From Candidatus Omnitrophota bacterium (GTDB lineage Bacteria; Omnitrophota; Gorgyraeia; Gygaellales; JAQTUX01): DNA of 64,000 nucleotides. Numbering within the stretch: the first letter of the stretch is position 1. The stretch itself is not shown here. The stretch lies in contig JAQTUX010000002.1 in the NCBI GenBank assembly GCA_028707125.1, positions 336,355 through 400,354 of the forward strand, read 5' to 3'. Below: more notes on the stretch, generated by a model. It saw only the letters and a list, made by a program, of their open reading frames with translations. It searched no databases and was not told the origin of the DNA.

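Noticed and set aside
7173-63941. About 200 plus-strand and off-frame ORFs (60-368 aa; e.g. 26795..27901, 14918..15574, 22718..23362, 39151..39846) listed in the ORF track
   Set aside because: All lie inside the giant minus-strand frame. Their translations are low-complexity or antisense-shadow-like (Ser/Ala/Pro/Leu rich) with no recognisable motifs. A 57-kb stop-free opposite frame cannot be chance, so these are shadows.
7117-64000. Possibility that the giant frame reflects an alternative genetic code (stop-codon reassignment)
   Set aside because: The frame is free of all three standard stops, so no reassignment is required, and the adjacent normal-sized genes terminate at standard TGA/TAA stops.

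Overview
The window has two parts. At 1–7014 there is a small minus-strand carbohydrate-uptake cluster: a secreted glycoside hydrolase (3' end off-window), two sugar ABC permeases, an MFS/GPH transporter, a solute-binding lipoprotein and a PilZ-domain gene. Positions 7117–64000 are one uninterrupted minus-strand reading frame of at least 18,956 codons (about 57 kb, roughly 2 MDa), still open at the right window edge. This giant ORF is the main finding. It encodes a mosaic of dozens of modules. These include many transmembrane segments, HEAT and TPR repeat arrays, Pro/Thr-rich spacers and motif-level matches to phosphofructokinase, PEP-utilising enzyme, guanylate kinase and a class-A penicillin-binding protein (GT51 transglycosylase plus transpeptidase). 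It also carries three class-I SAM methyltransferases, two nucleotidyltransferases, GNAT-, SLOG/DprA-, TrpF- and URO-D-like folds, a tandem winged-helix array and an internal type-IV-prepilin-like class III signal sequence. The modules are separated by a recurring Ser-rich linker (consensus roughly G-A-S-S-S-A-P-A-P-P-Q-E-G-G-G). At least about 30 Ser-rich linkers are seen, and in about 12 of the most canonical ones the roughly 45-nt GC-rich element that encodes the linker is also nearly identical at nucleotide level. The gene additionally contains a 1.7–1.9 kb segmental duplication, a 93-nt tandem array and several dispersed near-identical 110–140-nt internal repeats. Giant multidomain genes of this kind have been reported in Omnitrophota-like bacteria; that is background knowledge and not something visible in the sequence. 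The punctuated linker architecture is the most novel-looking signal. All domain calls are by-eye motif matches, not searches, and domain coordinates are approximate (about ±100 nt).
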